Shown here in pieces: positions 45,809 to 54,619 of a stretch of 64,000 bases of DNA. A program made the position numbers and the translations under genes. Source of the stretch: Acidobacteriota bacterium (GTDB taxonomy: Bacteria > Acidobacteriota > Polarisedimenticolia > Polarisedimenticolales > JAIQFR01); NCBI GenBank assembly GCA_041494445.1, contig JBGQAU010000001.1, positions 24,797 to 88,796 of the forward strand, in the 5' to 3' direction. The notes beneath the pieces are model-generated. The model had not been told where the DNA came from. It worked only from the letters and a program-made list of their open reading frames with translations, and made no database searches. Every line of letters begins with the position of its first letter. The stretch's first letter is position 1.

Positions 45809-46696
45809 CTATTCCAGGAGGTCCCAGAAATCCGGCGCCTTGCGGAAGTGGAGGTGCGCGAAGACCGCGCCCCCGATGTAGCGCCGCACGTGCTCCAGAA
45901 CCGACTCCGACAGGTCGGGCATCGCCCACGGGAACGCGGCGCAGCCCATGAGAGAGGCCGCCGCGATCGTCGGCGCGACCGGTTCGAGCCTCGGCTCGGC
46001 GGCCTGGTAGAGGCGCCAGATCCCGGCCACGGGGAATAGATCCTCCCGGGACTTGGGGGGGGCCTTCTCGCTGCTGTCGAACGGCAGCGCCGGCGTCAGC
46101 CATCCGGGCTCGCCGGGTACCAGCACCGCGAAGTCGTCTCCCAGGCTCCGGGACGGAGCGGACAGCGCCACCGCGGTGCTCTTCCCCGAGCGGGAAGGGC
46201 CCGTGAACACGTAGGCCCGGCCCTCCCGGAGCACTCCCGCGCCATGCAGGGCGAATCCGCCGGCCTCCGCGGCCATTCTCGCGAGCGCGTAGCGGGCCAC
46301 GTTCTCCACGATCCGCTCCACCGGCTCGTCCGGCTCGTCCGCGAGGGCGAACCGCCACGTGCCTCCTTCCGCGTCCGGGGCAAGGGCGAAATGGTACGAG
46401 CGGACCACCGGCACGCCGCGCTCGAGTGTCCCCTCGATCCGGTACCGTTCGAACGCTCGCCAGTGAGGGAGCCACAGGGACTCTCCCTCGCCCCGCACGA
46501 CTCGGACGACCCGCGCCGACGGGGCCTCGCGCGTCGGCACGACGAACCCCTCCCACCGCCGCGCGAGGGCATCGGCGAGGCCGTCGTCGAGACCGTCGAG
46601 GACGAGGCGGAACTCGCCGAGCGCCAGCGCGAGCGAGCGCTCGCCCCGCGGGTGGTCGAGGGAACGCAGCGTGTCGAGCAGGCCGATCTCCGGCAT
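45809..46696 (-). CDS. HPr kinase-like P-loop protein (HprK-related kinase)
   Basis: 295 aa from ATG 46696. FALHGAGVLREGRAYVFTGPSRSGKST resembles the HPr kinase C-domain Walker A context. The upstream 360 codons or so of the ORF are antisense junk. Confidence 0.65.
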   Translation of the reverse strand: MPEIGLLDTLRSLDHPRGERSLALALGEFRLVLDGLDDGLADALARRWEGFVVPTREAPSARVVRVVRGEGESLWLPHWRAFERYRIEGTLERGVPVVRSYHFALAPDAEGGTWRFALADEPDEPVERIVENVARYALARMAAEAGGFALHGAGVLREGRAYVFTGPSRSGKSTAVALSAPSRSLGDDFAVLVPGEPGWLTPALPFDSSEKAPPKSREDLFPVAGIWRLYQAAEPRLEPVAPTIAAASLMGCAAFPWAMPDLSESVLEHVRRYIGGAVFAHLHFRKAPDFWDLLE

Positions 46697-46778
46697 GGCG
46701 CCGCGTAGTCTATCAATCCGGCGGAGGCCGCTCAATTCGGGAAAACGGGGTAATCTCTTCCCGCACCGCGGAGGAGCC

Positions 46779-47375
46779 ATGGTGGGCGCAATCGTCCTCG
46801 CCGCCGGAAGATCGGAGCGGATGGGAAGGCCCAAGCCGCTCCTCCCCTGCCGCGGCTCCACGTTTCTGGGCACCGTTCTAGCAACCCTCGCCCGGACGCG
46901 GGTCGGCGCGGTGCGGGTCGTCCTCGGCCACGGCGCCGAGGATATCCGCGGGGTGGTCGACATCCCGGACGGAGGCGTGGCGATCAACCCGAAGCCGGAC
47001 CGCGGGATGCTGTCCTCGTTGCGCTGCGGGATCGCGGCGTTGCCGCCGGGCGTCACCGCGTTCCTGGTCTGGCCGGTGGACCACCCGCTCGTCGAGGCCG
47101 GAACCGTGGACCGGCTGATCGAAGCACTCGAGGCATCGGGCGCCCCCCTCGCGATCCCTATCCGCGCCGGCCGCCGCGGCCACCCCGCGCTGTTTTCGAT
47201 CGGGCTCGCCACGGAGATCGAGGCCGCGCCAGAAAACGAGGGGGCGCGCGCAGTGGTGCGCGCGCACGCCGGGGATCTCATCGAGGTCCCGGTGAACGAC
47301 CGGGGCGTCGTGACCGGCATCGACACTCCCGAGGGGTACGCCGCGGCATTCGGGCGGCCGCCCGTGGGAGAATGA
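46779..47375 (+). CDS. MobA/MocA-like nucleotidyltransferase (NTP_transf_3)
   Basis: MVGAIVLAAGRSERMGRPKPLL and WPVDHPLV; 198 aa. Confidence 0.8.
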   Translation: MVGAIVLAAGRSERMGRPKPLLPCRGSTFLGTVLATLARTRVGAVRVVLGHGAEDIRGVVDIPDGGVAINPKPDRGMLSSLRCGIAALPPGVTAFLVWPVDHPLVEAGTVDRLIEALEASGAPLAIPIRAGRRGHPALFSIGLATEIEAAPENEGARAVVRAHAGDLIEVPVNDRGVVTGIDTPEGYAAAFGRPPVGE

Positions 47376-47668
47376 CTCGCGGAGGAACGCCGATGAGCGA
47401 GATCGAGGTGGAGAAGGGACCGGCGGCCGAGACGCTCGGGAAACTCGGGGTCATGGGGTGGCCGATCTGGACCAAGGAGGTCTCGACGTTCCCCTGGAGC
47501 TACGACGAGCCGGAGACCTGCTACTTCCTGGAAGGCGAGGTGGTCGTCACCCCCGACGGCGGGAGTCCGGTCAGGGTGGGAAAGGGCGACCTCGTCACGT
47601 TTCCGTCCGGCATGTCCTGCACCTGGGACGTGAAGAAGCCGGTGCGGAAGCACTGCCGCTTCGGATAG
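47372..47668 (+). CDS. Cupin_3 (DUF861) small cupin protein
   Basis: FPWSYDEPETCYFLEGEVVVTPDGG...GDLVTFPSGMSCTWDVKKPVRKH. ATG 47372 overlaps the upstream stop (ATGA); ATG 47393 is an alternative start. Confidence 0.75.
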   Translation: MTRGGTPMSEIEVEKGPAAETLGKLGVMGWPIWTKEVSTFPWSYDEPETCYFLEGEVVVTPDGGSPVRVGKGDLVTFPSGMSCTWDVKKPVRKHCRFG

Positions 47669-47712
47669 CGCGGCGGCTTGAATCACCGGAGCGAACGGCG
47701 GATCATGGGGCC

Positions 47713-48279
47713 ATGAGAGGCCGCGCCGTCGCGATCCTGTTTGCCGCCGCCGTCGTCGCGGGCTGCTCCGGGTCCGGCCAAACACCGGAGCAACGCACCG
47801 TCGAGGACCACGAGCGAGGCTACCGCTTCGTCCTCCCCCCCGGTTGGCGAACGTTCGGCTGGGAGGCCCGCTCCTCCTCCGGGAGCCTCCTCACCATCGA
47901 CGTCCACTCGCTGATCGGCGCCGACGCGAAGTTCGTCGCCGGCCTCCCGCAATCCGTCGTCCCGCAGCTCGAGGCCTGGACGCTCTACTACTTCAGCGTC
48001 GTGGACAAGCCCGTGAGTCGCGGAACGACCGTGGGAGGCGCGTCGGCGCTCGAGGTGGTCTACCCGACCCGAATCCGCGCCCAGGACCCGCCCTCACGCG
48101 CCGAGTACTGGGTCGTGCGGAACGGGTCGCTCCTTTACATCCTTCGCGCGACCTACCCCGGCGGGCGCGCCGACGCCGACGGTCCCGCGGTGCGCGACCT
48201 GCTGGCGTCCTGGAAATTTCTCGAGGCCACCGCGCCGGGCGCCAAGCCCATCGGCACGACTCCCCCGCCTCGTTCCTGA
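47713..48279 (+). CDS. Lipoprotein of unknown function
   Basis: MRGRAVAILFAAAVVAGCSG lipobox with a globular-looking body. Confidence 0.65.
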   Translation: MRGRAVAILFAAAVVAGCSGSGQTPEQRTVEDHERGYRFVLPPGWRTFGWEARSSSGSLLTIDVHSLIGADAKFVAGLPQSVVPQLEAWTLYYFSVVDKPVSRGTTVGGASALEVVYPTRIRAQDPPSRAEYWVVRNGSLLYILRATYPGGRADADGPAVRDLLASWKFLEATAPGAKPIGTTPPPRS

Positions 48280-48293
48280 GGCCCCTCCGACCC

Positions 48294-50357
48294 CTACATC
48301 ACCGCGGTGGGCGGCGCCGGCTCGTCGGCCGCGCCGGCCTTCTTGAGCGGCACGAACACCATGTAAAGGGCCAGGACCGCGAACACGGCCAGCGCGAGCC
48401 ATCCCGTCACCGGACCGAAAGCCGGCAGCGCCGGGAACGTGGGTCCCCGTTTCATCTGGTCCTTGACGAACACCACCGCCGCGATGACCAGGCCCATCAG
48501 CGCCTCGCCGGCGATCAACCCCGACGCGGCGAGGATGCCGGCGTTCTCCACCCGCGCCTTCTGCGCGTCGTTGTACTTCCGCTTCATGGCGACTTTCTCC
48601 ACGATCCCCTTGATGAGCCCGCCGACGAAGATCGCGAAGGTGGTCTCGAGCGGGAGGTACATCCCGACGGAAAAGAGCATCGGGCTCCGCACCTTCACCA
48701 GGATCATCGAGATCCCCATGGCGATGCCGACGATCACCAGCGGCCACGCCATCTCGCCGCCGACGATCCCCTGGGAGAGGGCCGCCATGAGCCCTGCCTG
48801 CGGGGCTGAAAGGTTCGGTCCACCGAAGCCGCCGTTCGCCGGGTTCTGCGCCAGGTCGGAGTTGTGCAGGACGTAGAGCGGGAAGAACATCACGAGACCG
48901 GCGATGATCACGCCGAAGATGTCCCCGACCTGCATCTTCCAGGGCGTGCCGCCGAGAATGTGCCCGACCTTGAGGTCCTGGAGCATCTCGCCGGCGACCG
49001 CCGCCGAGACGCAGCCGATCGCCGCGACCCCCAGCACCGCGGCGACCCCCTGGGTGCCCTTCGCGCCCACGATGACCATGGTCAGGGCCGCGACGATCGT
49101 GGTCGCCAGCGTCAGGCCGGAGATCGGGTTGTTGGACGAGCCGATCATGCCGACCAGGTTCCCCGACACGGCGGCGAAGAAGAACCCCGTGATGAGCATC
49201 ACGATCGCGGCGAGGATGGCCGCGGGCAGGGCCTTCGTGAAGTAGAAGTAGAGGGCGACCATCAGCACGAACACCGCGATGATCCCGAAGCCGACGAACT
49301 TGAGGTTCATGTCCCGCTCGGTCCGCTCGGTCGCCGCCGCCGCCGTGGCCGACGCCCTGACGTCCGCGATGCTCCTCTTGAGGCCGGCGATCAGGTTCTT
49401 GCGCATGCGCCAGAGGGTGAAGCAGGCGCCCACGAGCATCCCGCCCACCGCGATCGGCCGGACGATCCTCCGATAGACTCCTGCGGTGAGAGCGGCCCAG
49501 TCGCCGCCGTACTGGTCGATCTGGGTCGGGCCGAGAAAGTAGACGAGGAGCGGGACGAACAGCCCCCACGCGAGCAGGCCGCCGGCGAAGTTCAAGGCGC
49601 CCAGCTCGGGTCCGATGATGTACCCGACACCGAGGTAGGCCGGCGTCGCCGCCGGCGCGGTGACGGTGGTGATGCCCCCGGCCGCGACCGTCTTGTCGCC
49701 GGCCAGCCGGACGAATCCGTCCTTGAGGCGCCCGACGCCCAGCTGGAACCGGTTGACGGCGTAATAGATGCCGAGACCGTCGAACGTCTCGGAGTCGGTC
49801 CTGCCCAGGAGCCGGATCAAGGCGCCGACCCCCATGGCCTGGAACAGCTGGATCGCCGCCGCCGCCCCGCGCTGCCCGGCCTTGTGGATCTCGCCCGCCG
49901 CCACCGACTCCGGGAACGGCAGGGTCGGGTCCTCGACCATCACTCTACGGAGGATCGTGACGAACAGGATCCCCAGGATGCCGCCGAGGATCATCAGGGC
50001 GGAGGCGGTCAAGTACTCGCTCAGCTGGCTGGGGCCCGGCTTGAACTTCCAGATCTGAAGCATGACGAACGCGGGGATGGTGAAGATCGCCCCCGCCGCC
50101 ACGGACTCGCCGATGGATCCGACGGTCCTCGCGAAGTTTTCCTCCAGGATCGAGCCCTTGAACAGCTTGAGCACCGCCATCCCGATCACGGCCGCGGGGT
50201 AGGTGGCCGCAATCGTCATGCCGGCCTTGAGGCCCAGGTAGGCGTTCGCCGCCCCCAGGATCACGCACATGATCAGCCCGAGGACGAGCGCCCGGAGCGT
50301 GAACTCGCGCATGTCGGTGTTGGGCGGCACGAACGGCTTGTGAGGCGTCTCGCTCAT
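48294..50357 (-). CDS. OPT family oligopeptide transporter (second paralog)
   Basis: The AAGGAG Shine-Dalgarno site precedes ATG 50357 (MSETPHKPF). EFTLRALVLGLIMCVILGAANAYLGLKAG is followed by a polytopic body. Confidence 0.85.
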   Translation of the reverse strand: MSETPHKPFVPPNTDMREFTLRALVLGLIMCVILGAANAYLGLKAGMTIAATYPAAVIGMAVLKLFKGSILEENFARTVGSIGESVAAGAIFTIPAFVMLQIWKFKPGPSQLSEYLTASALMILGGILGILFVTILRRVMVEDPTLPFPESVAAGEIHKAGQRGAAAAIQLFQAMGVGALIRLLGRTDSETFDGLGIYYAVNRFQLGVGRLKDGFVRLAGDKTVAAGGITTVTAPAATPAYLGVGYIIGPELGALNFAGGLLAWGLFVPLLVYFLGPTQIDQYGGDWAALTAGVYRRIVRPIAVGGMLVGACFTLWRMRKNLIAGLKRSIADVRASATAAAATERTERDMNLKFVGFGIIAVFVLMVALYFYFTKALPAAILAAIVMLITGFFFAAVSGNLVGMIGSSNNPISGLTLATTIVAALTMVIVGAKGTQGVAAVLGVAAIGCVSAAVAGEMLQDLKVGHILGGTPWKMQVGDIFGVIIAGLVMFFPLYVLHNSDLAQNPANGGFGGPNLSAPQAGLMAALSQGIVGGEMAWPLVIVGIAMGISMILVKVRSPMLFSVGMYLPLETTFAIFVGGLIKGIVEKVAMKRKYNDAQKARVENAGILAASGLIAGEALMGLVIAAVVFVKDQMKRGPTFPALPAFGPVTGWLALAVFAVLALYMVFVPLKKAGAADEPAPPTAVM

Positions 50358-50439
50358 GAGGTCTCCTTCGCCCTGCGCTTCGGCGCGCACCGTCCCGACC
50401 CCGGCCGGGGCGCCGACGGAACCGGGATTCTACTTCAAA

Positions 50440-50535
50440 ACGGGGTCAGAGCTTGATTCTTGCCTCGCCGAGACGAGGCAGCGGGCCCGCTCGCCGATTC
50501 GAGCCAAAGGGGCAAGAATCAAGCTCTGACCCCGT
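50440..50535. repeat. Perfect 25-bp inverted repeat with a 46-nt spacer in the dipeptidase-OPT intercistronic region
   Basis: 50440-50464 (acggggtcagagcttgattcttgcc) is the exact reverse complement of 50511-50535. The spacer has its own 6-bp hairpin (50462-50479) and the palindrome gcgggcccgc (50481-50490). Confidence 0.9.
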
Positions 50536-51626
50536 CAGGGGTTCGCTTCCAGCACCCGGCGGAAGTTGGTCCCGGCGATCTTGGCGATCGAGGCCTCGGA
50601 GAACCCCCTCTCCCGCATCCGGTCGAGGATCGCGGGGAAGGCGCTGCAGTCTGGAACCCCGTCCGGCAGGTCGGGGACGCCGTCGAAATCGGAGCCGAAC
50701 GCGACGAAATCGTCCCCGACCAGGCGGACGACGTGCTCCACGTGGTCCACGATCCGGTCGAGCGGGGGGCGGGTCGGGGTCATCCGCTCGCGCATCGTGC
50801 GGGCGAGCTTGCGCGACGCTTCGGCCCTGCGGACGGGGTCGTGGAGGTGCTCCCGCTCGACCTCCTGGAGCGCCGTGAACAGGTCCCCCAGCTCGGCGTG
50901 CTGCCGCCGGGAATACGCGCCGTCGAGGAACCCCGGGTAGAAGTTGATCCCGACGAGCCCGCCGTGGTCCGCGAGGATCCGGATCTGGTCGTCGGTGAGG
51001 TTCCGCGCGCACGGGCAGAGTGCCGACGCCCCCGAGTGCGACGCGATGAAGGGGCGGCGCGAGAGGCGGGCCACGTCCCGAAACGTCGTCTCGTGGACGT
51101 GGGAGACGTCCACGACGATCCCTATCTCGTTCATCGCGGCGACGACCTTTTCGCCGAACGACGTGAGCCCCTCGAAGTCGCAGCGCTCCTCGCCCGAGGA
51201 CGCGGCCCAGGGGAGGTTCCTGGCGTGCGTCAGGGTCATGTAGCGGACGCCGCGGGCGCGGAGGCGCTCGAGATTCGAGAGGCTCTCCTCGATCGCGTGC
51301 CCGTTCTCCACGGCGAGGATCGCCGCGGTCCTCGCTCCCCGCTCGATCACCCGGTCGGCCTCGGCGGCCGTCTCGACCTTCACGAGCGCTCCGCCGGACA
51401 GCGCGCAGGCAGCCTCGACCCCGTCGAGTAGATCCATCGCCTCCCGGAACGCGCGGTCCTTCGGGAGCACCGAGGAAACGTAGGTCGCGAACAACTGGAG
51501 GGTCACAGCGCCCCGGTCGAGGCGCTCGAGATCCACATGCCCCTCGGGATTCCCGGACGAGAGGTCCGCGCCCGCCTGGATCTCGAGCGCCGTGTCGCAA
51601 TGCAGGTCGGTGACGGGGGTTCTCAT
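50535..51626 (-). CDS. M19 membrane dipeptidase family protein
   Basis: [20 protein letters not shown] and ASHSGA motifs of the renal-dipeptidase family. Confidence 0.85.
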   Translation of the reverse strand: MRTPVTDLHCDTALEIQAGADLSSGNPEGHVDLERLDRGAVTLQLFATYVSSVLPKDRAFREAMDLLDGVEAACALSGGALVKVETAAEADRVIERGARTAAILAVENGHAIEESLSNLERLRARGVRYMTLTHARNLPWAASSGEERCDFEGLTSFGEKVVAAMNEIGIVVDVSHVHETTFRDVARLSRRPFIASHSGASALCPCARNLTDDQIRILADHGGLVGINFYPGFLDGAYSRRQHAELGDLFTALQEVEREHLHDPVRRAEASRKLARTMRERMTPTRPPLDRIVDHVEHVVRLVGDDFVAFGSDFDGVPDLPDGVPDCSAFPAILDRMRERGFSEASIAKIAGTNFRRVLEANP

Positions 51627-51706
51627 CCCTGACCTCCCTTTCGTGGCCCGAGCTTATACGTCGGGCCGGCGTCGCGGGGCAAGGGAGAGCTTGCCGTTGG
51701 ACGGGG

Positions 51707-51739
51707 TTGACCCCGAGCCAGGTATGACGTATAGTCATA
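51707..51739 (+). promoter_or_regulatory. Candidate sigma-70 promoter with an overlapping operator palindrome for mazEF
   Basis: TTGACC (51707-12), 17 nt, then TATAGT (51730-35). The palindrome tatgac-gtata-gtcata (51723-51739) overlaps the -10 element. An AGGAGG Shine-Dalgarno site lies at 51743-48. Confidence 0.6.
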
Positions 51740-51753
51740 CTAGGAGGTTGCTC

Positions 51754-51996
51754 ATGGCCCGATCCAAGGTGGCTATCTCTCTCGACGAGTCGACACTGGA
51801 CCGTCTCGATAGGCTGGTCCGCCGGGCGGTTTTCCCCAATCGGAGCCAGGCGATCCAACAGGCCGTGGACGAGAAGCTTGCTCGGCTGGAAGGCAGTCGT
51901 CTTGCACGCGAATGTGCGAGGCTCGATCCCGCCTTCGAGAAGGCCCTTGCGGAAGAGGGGTTATCCGAGGAGCTCTCGCAATGGCCCGAATACTGA
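51754..51996 (+). CDS. mazE: Ribbon-helix-helix (CopG/MazE-type) antitoxin
   Basis: [22 protein letters not shown] is an RHH N-terminus; 80 aa. It overlaps the toxin gene by 16 nt. Confidence 0.8.
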   Translation: MARSKVAISLDESTLDRLDRLVRRAVFPNRSQAIQQAVDEKLARLEGSRLARECARLDPAFEKALAEEGLSEELSQWPEY

Positions 51997-52319
51997 GGGG
52001 CGACGTCCGGTGGGCCGACCTGAACCCTGTCCGCGGAAGCGAGCAGGCGGGGAACCGTCCCGTCCTTGTTCTCAGTCACGACGTTTTCAATGAACGATCC
52101 GGAACCGTCATTGCCGTGGCCCTGACGAGCCAACCGCCGCGAGCGGGGTTTCCCCTCACCCTCGAGCTTCGGGCGAAAGGATTGCCCAAGCGATCCTGGG
52201 TGAAGATCAGCCAGATCCGGACGCTTGCTGTCGAACGGATCGGCTCGCGCCTTGCGCGGGCGACACCGGAGGAGCTGGCGGAGATTGTCGAAGGATTGAC
52301 CGAGATCATCGGAACCTGA
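51981..52319 (+). CDS. mazF: MazF/PemK family endoribonuclease toxin
   Basis: [32 protein letters not shown]...VIAVALTS...[16 protein letters not shown]. Confidence 0.85.
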   Translation: MARILRGDVRWADLNPVRGSEQAGNRPVLVLSHDVFNERSGTVIAVALTSQPPRAGFPLTLELRAKGLPKRSWVKISQIRTLAVERIGSRLARATPEELAEIVEGLTEIIGT

Positions 52320-52549
52320 CTGCGGCATTCAGCCGACGGCCTCGGCGCCCACCTCCACGAGCAGATCGCCGACACGCTGTGCATCATGCGCTTCGACCTG
52401 CTCTAGTCCGCTCCGCGGACCGACCTGCGCCTACCGTGGCCCACCCTCGCCTCGGCCCGGGCAGTCGGCTGAGCCGCGGCGAAGAAGGGTATGATCCGTC
52501 CGGGTCGCGGGAACCTGGAGACACCGATTTCACGGGGCGGAGGTCGGGA

Positions 52550-53095
52550 ATGAAGGCACTGCATCTCCTCGTGGCGGCGATTCTCATCGCGGGAGCGAGC
52601 GTCTCCGCCGCGACCGAGCCTCGACAGGGCGCAGCGGCGGAGCAGGCCGCCAGGACCCTCATAAGGACCGAGATCGATCCGGCGACGTTCGACGAGCTAT
52701 ACGTCCAAGCATCCCGCGCGGCCGTGCAGAACCTCGAGGCGGCCGTTCAACCGTCGCTCCAGCGCGCCTTGACCGACGACGAGAGGAAGCGCCTCTCGCT
52801 GTTCTGGCAACGGAAGATGCGCGAATTGCTGCCGTACTCGGCGATCGAGGATCGGCTGGTTCCACGGGTCACGAAGCAGCTCTCCCTCGAGGAGCTGCAG
52901 GAGATCAACCGGTTCAACGGCTCTCCCGTCGGTCGAAAGCTCGCCGAGGTGCAGGCGGTGATCTCCTTTGAGGCCAGGGCGTCGGGCGAGCAGATGGGAA
53001 AGAGGCTCGCAGACAAGGACTGGCAGGCCAAGGTCGACGAAGAGCTGAAGCGGGAGTTTCCTCTGTGGTTCCCGACACCCGGACCGGGAAAGTAG
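52550..53095 (+). CDS. Periplasmic protein of unknown function
   Basis: Signal peptide MKALHLLVAAILIAGASVSAA with a helical, charged body; 181 aa. Confidence 0.6.
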   Translation: MKALHLLVAAILIAGASVSAATEPRQGAAAEQAARTLIRTEIDPATFDELYVQASRAAVQNLEAAVQPSLQRALTDDERKRLSLFWQRKMRELLPYSAIEDRLVPRVTKQLSLEELQEINRFNGSPVGRKLAEVQAVISFEARASGEQMGKRLADKDWQAKVDEELKREFPLWFPTPGPGK

Positions 53096-53195
53096 GCGGA
53101 TCGCAGGCTCGACGGGTTGCCGGCCGCGACGGCCGGAGAGAGGTCGGACATGAACGGCTCGAGACTCAAGCTGGCCGTCGCCCCCGGAGGGCACG

Positions 53196-53966
53196 CTGGC
53201 TCGTAGGCTCGCCGCCGCGCTGCTGCTGACCTCGATCGTCGGCGCTTCCCGGAGTGCCGCCGCGGGCGGAACCATTCTCGTGTCCGCCGCGAGCAGCCTC
53301 AAGGAGGCGGCCCGGGAGGCGGCGGATCGGTTCGAGGCCGAGCACCCCGGGACCGGGGTCGTGGTCAACGCGGCCGCCTCCGGCGTCTTGCTACGCCAGA
53401 TCGAGGAGGACGCCCCGGTGGATCTCTTCCTGAGCGCCTCCCGCGACGAGATCGGGCGCCTCGAGCGCGCCGGCCGGATCGAGATCGGGGCGGCACGTCC
53501 TTTCGCCTCGAACCGCCTGATCGTCATCGTGCCGGCGGGGAGCAGCCCGCCGGCGACGCTCGCGGGCCTCGCGGATCCGCGCTTCGACCGGATCGCGATC
53601 GGGAACCCGAGGACGGTCCCGGCGGGGCGCTACGCCGAGCAAGCGCTCCGATGGGCGGGGATCCGGGACGCGGTCGCTTCCCGCCTCGTCCCCGGCGAGA
53701 GCGTCCGCCAGGCGTTGGAATACGTCGCCCGGGGCGAAGCGGCGGCCGGGCTCGTGTACGCGACGGACGCCCGCGCGCTCGGGAGGAAAGTCACGTTGGG
53801 CCCCGCGGCGCCCGAGGGCTCCCACGATCCGATCGTCTACGTGGCGGCTCCGCTCCGCGACGCGCCGCACCGTACGGAGGCCGCCGCGCTGCTGGCGTTT
53901 CTTCTGTCGGAGGAGGGGCGCCGGATCCTGGCGCGCCACGGCTTCCTCCCTCCTCCCGCGCCATGA
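53196..53966 (+). CDS. modA: Molybdate ABC transporter substrate-binding protein; start codon problematic
   Basis: The mature part ILVSAASSLKEAA...NPRTVPAGRYA is ModA-like. The signal peptide ARRLAAALLLTSIVGASRSAAA is in frame but has no ATG/GTG/TTG. CTG 53196 lies 5 nt after GGAGG (53186-90). Confidence 0.7.
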   Translation: MARRLAAALLLTSIVGASRSAAAGGTILVSAASSLKEAAREAADRFEAEHPGTGVVVNAAASGVLLRQIEEDAPVDLFLSASRDEIGRLERAGRIEIGAARPFASNRLIVIVPAGSSPPATLAGLADPRFDRIAIGNPRTVPAGRYAEQALRWAGIRDAVASRLVPGESVRQALEYVARGEAAAGLVYATDARALGRKVTLGPAAPEGSHDPIVYVAAPLRDAPHRTEAAALLAFLLSEEGRRILARHGFLPPPAP

Positions 53967-54619
53967 TCTTCTCCGCCCTCCGGCTCTCGGTGACCGTGGC
54001 GCTCGCGTCCACCGCGCTCGTCGCCGGGGTCGGGACGCTAGCGGGATGGCTTCTCGCGCGGTCGCGCTTCCGGGGTCGCGAGACGCTGGACGCCGTGCTC
54101 AACCTGCCGCTCGTCCTCCCGCCCACGGTGACCGGCTACTACTTGATCGCCCTGCTCGGCCGTCGCGGCCTCCTGGGAACGCCGCTTTACCGGTTCACGG
54201 GCTGGTCCGTCCCGTTCACGTGGGTCGCCTGCGTCGCGGCGGCCTCGGTCATGGCGTTCCCGCTGATGGTCCGATCGGCGCGCGTGGCGTTCGAGGGGAT
54301 CGATCCGAGACAAGAGATCGCGTCGGCGAGCCTCGGGCACGGGCGCGTCTCGTACCTGCTCAGGGTCGCCCTCCCGATGGCCCGGCGGGGGCTGGCTTCG
54401 GGAGTCGTCCTCGCGTTCGCCCGCTCGATCGGGGAGTTCGGCGCCACCCTGATGCTCGCGGGGAACATCCCGGGCCGGACGCAGACCCTGCCGCTGGCGA
54501 TCTACGACGCGGTCCTCGCCGGGGAGGACCGGACGGCGCTCGCGCTCTCCGCGCTCCTCACCGCCGTCTCGGTCGGGGTGATGCTCGCGGCGGGTCGCCT
54601 CGGGCGGAGGCGGGCGTGA
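53963..54619 (+). CDS. modB: Molybdate ABC transporter permease
   Basis: ATGA overlap with modA. The EAA-loop-like segment is ASLGHGRVSYLLRVALPMARRG. 218 aa, about 5 TM segments. Confidence 0.85.
   Translation: MIFSALRLSVTVALASTALVAGVGTLAGWLLARSRFRGRETLDAVLNLPLVLPPTVTGYYLIALLGRRGLLGTPLYRFTGWSVPFTWVACVAAASVMAFPLMVRSARVAFEGIDPRQEIASASLGHGRVSYLLRVALPMARRGLASGVVLAFARSIGEFGATLMLAGNIPGRTQTLPLAIYDAVLAGEDRTALALSALLTAVSVGVMLAAGRLGRRRA

Noticed and set aside
46697-47785. N-terminal extension of about 360 codons on the HprK-like ORF (the 658-aa version)
   Set aside because: The extension is Arg/Pro/Ser-rich and antisense to the nucleotidyltransferase and cupin genes. The protein-like sequence starts at ATG 46696.
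52325-52406. Possible C-terminal remnant of a disrupted gene downstream of mazF (frame reading ...HSADGLGAHLHEQIADTLCIMRFDLL-stop)
   Set aside because: Only about 27 codons are present, with no start and no recognisable family. It could be chance. I kept it only as a hint of insertion history under the mazEF finding.
53096-53195. Possible molybdenum-cofactor riboswitch upstream of modABC
   Set aside because: The gap is only about 100 nt, and I cannot recognise the conserved Moco-motif helices or loops by eye. There is no support without a covariance-model scan.
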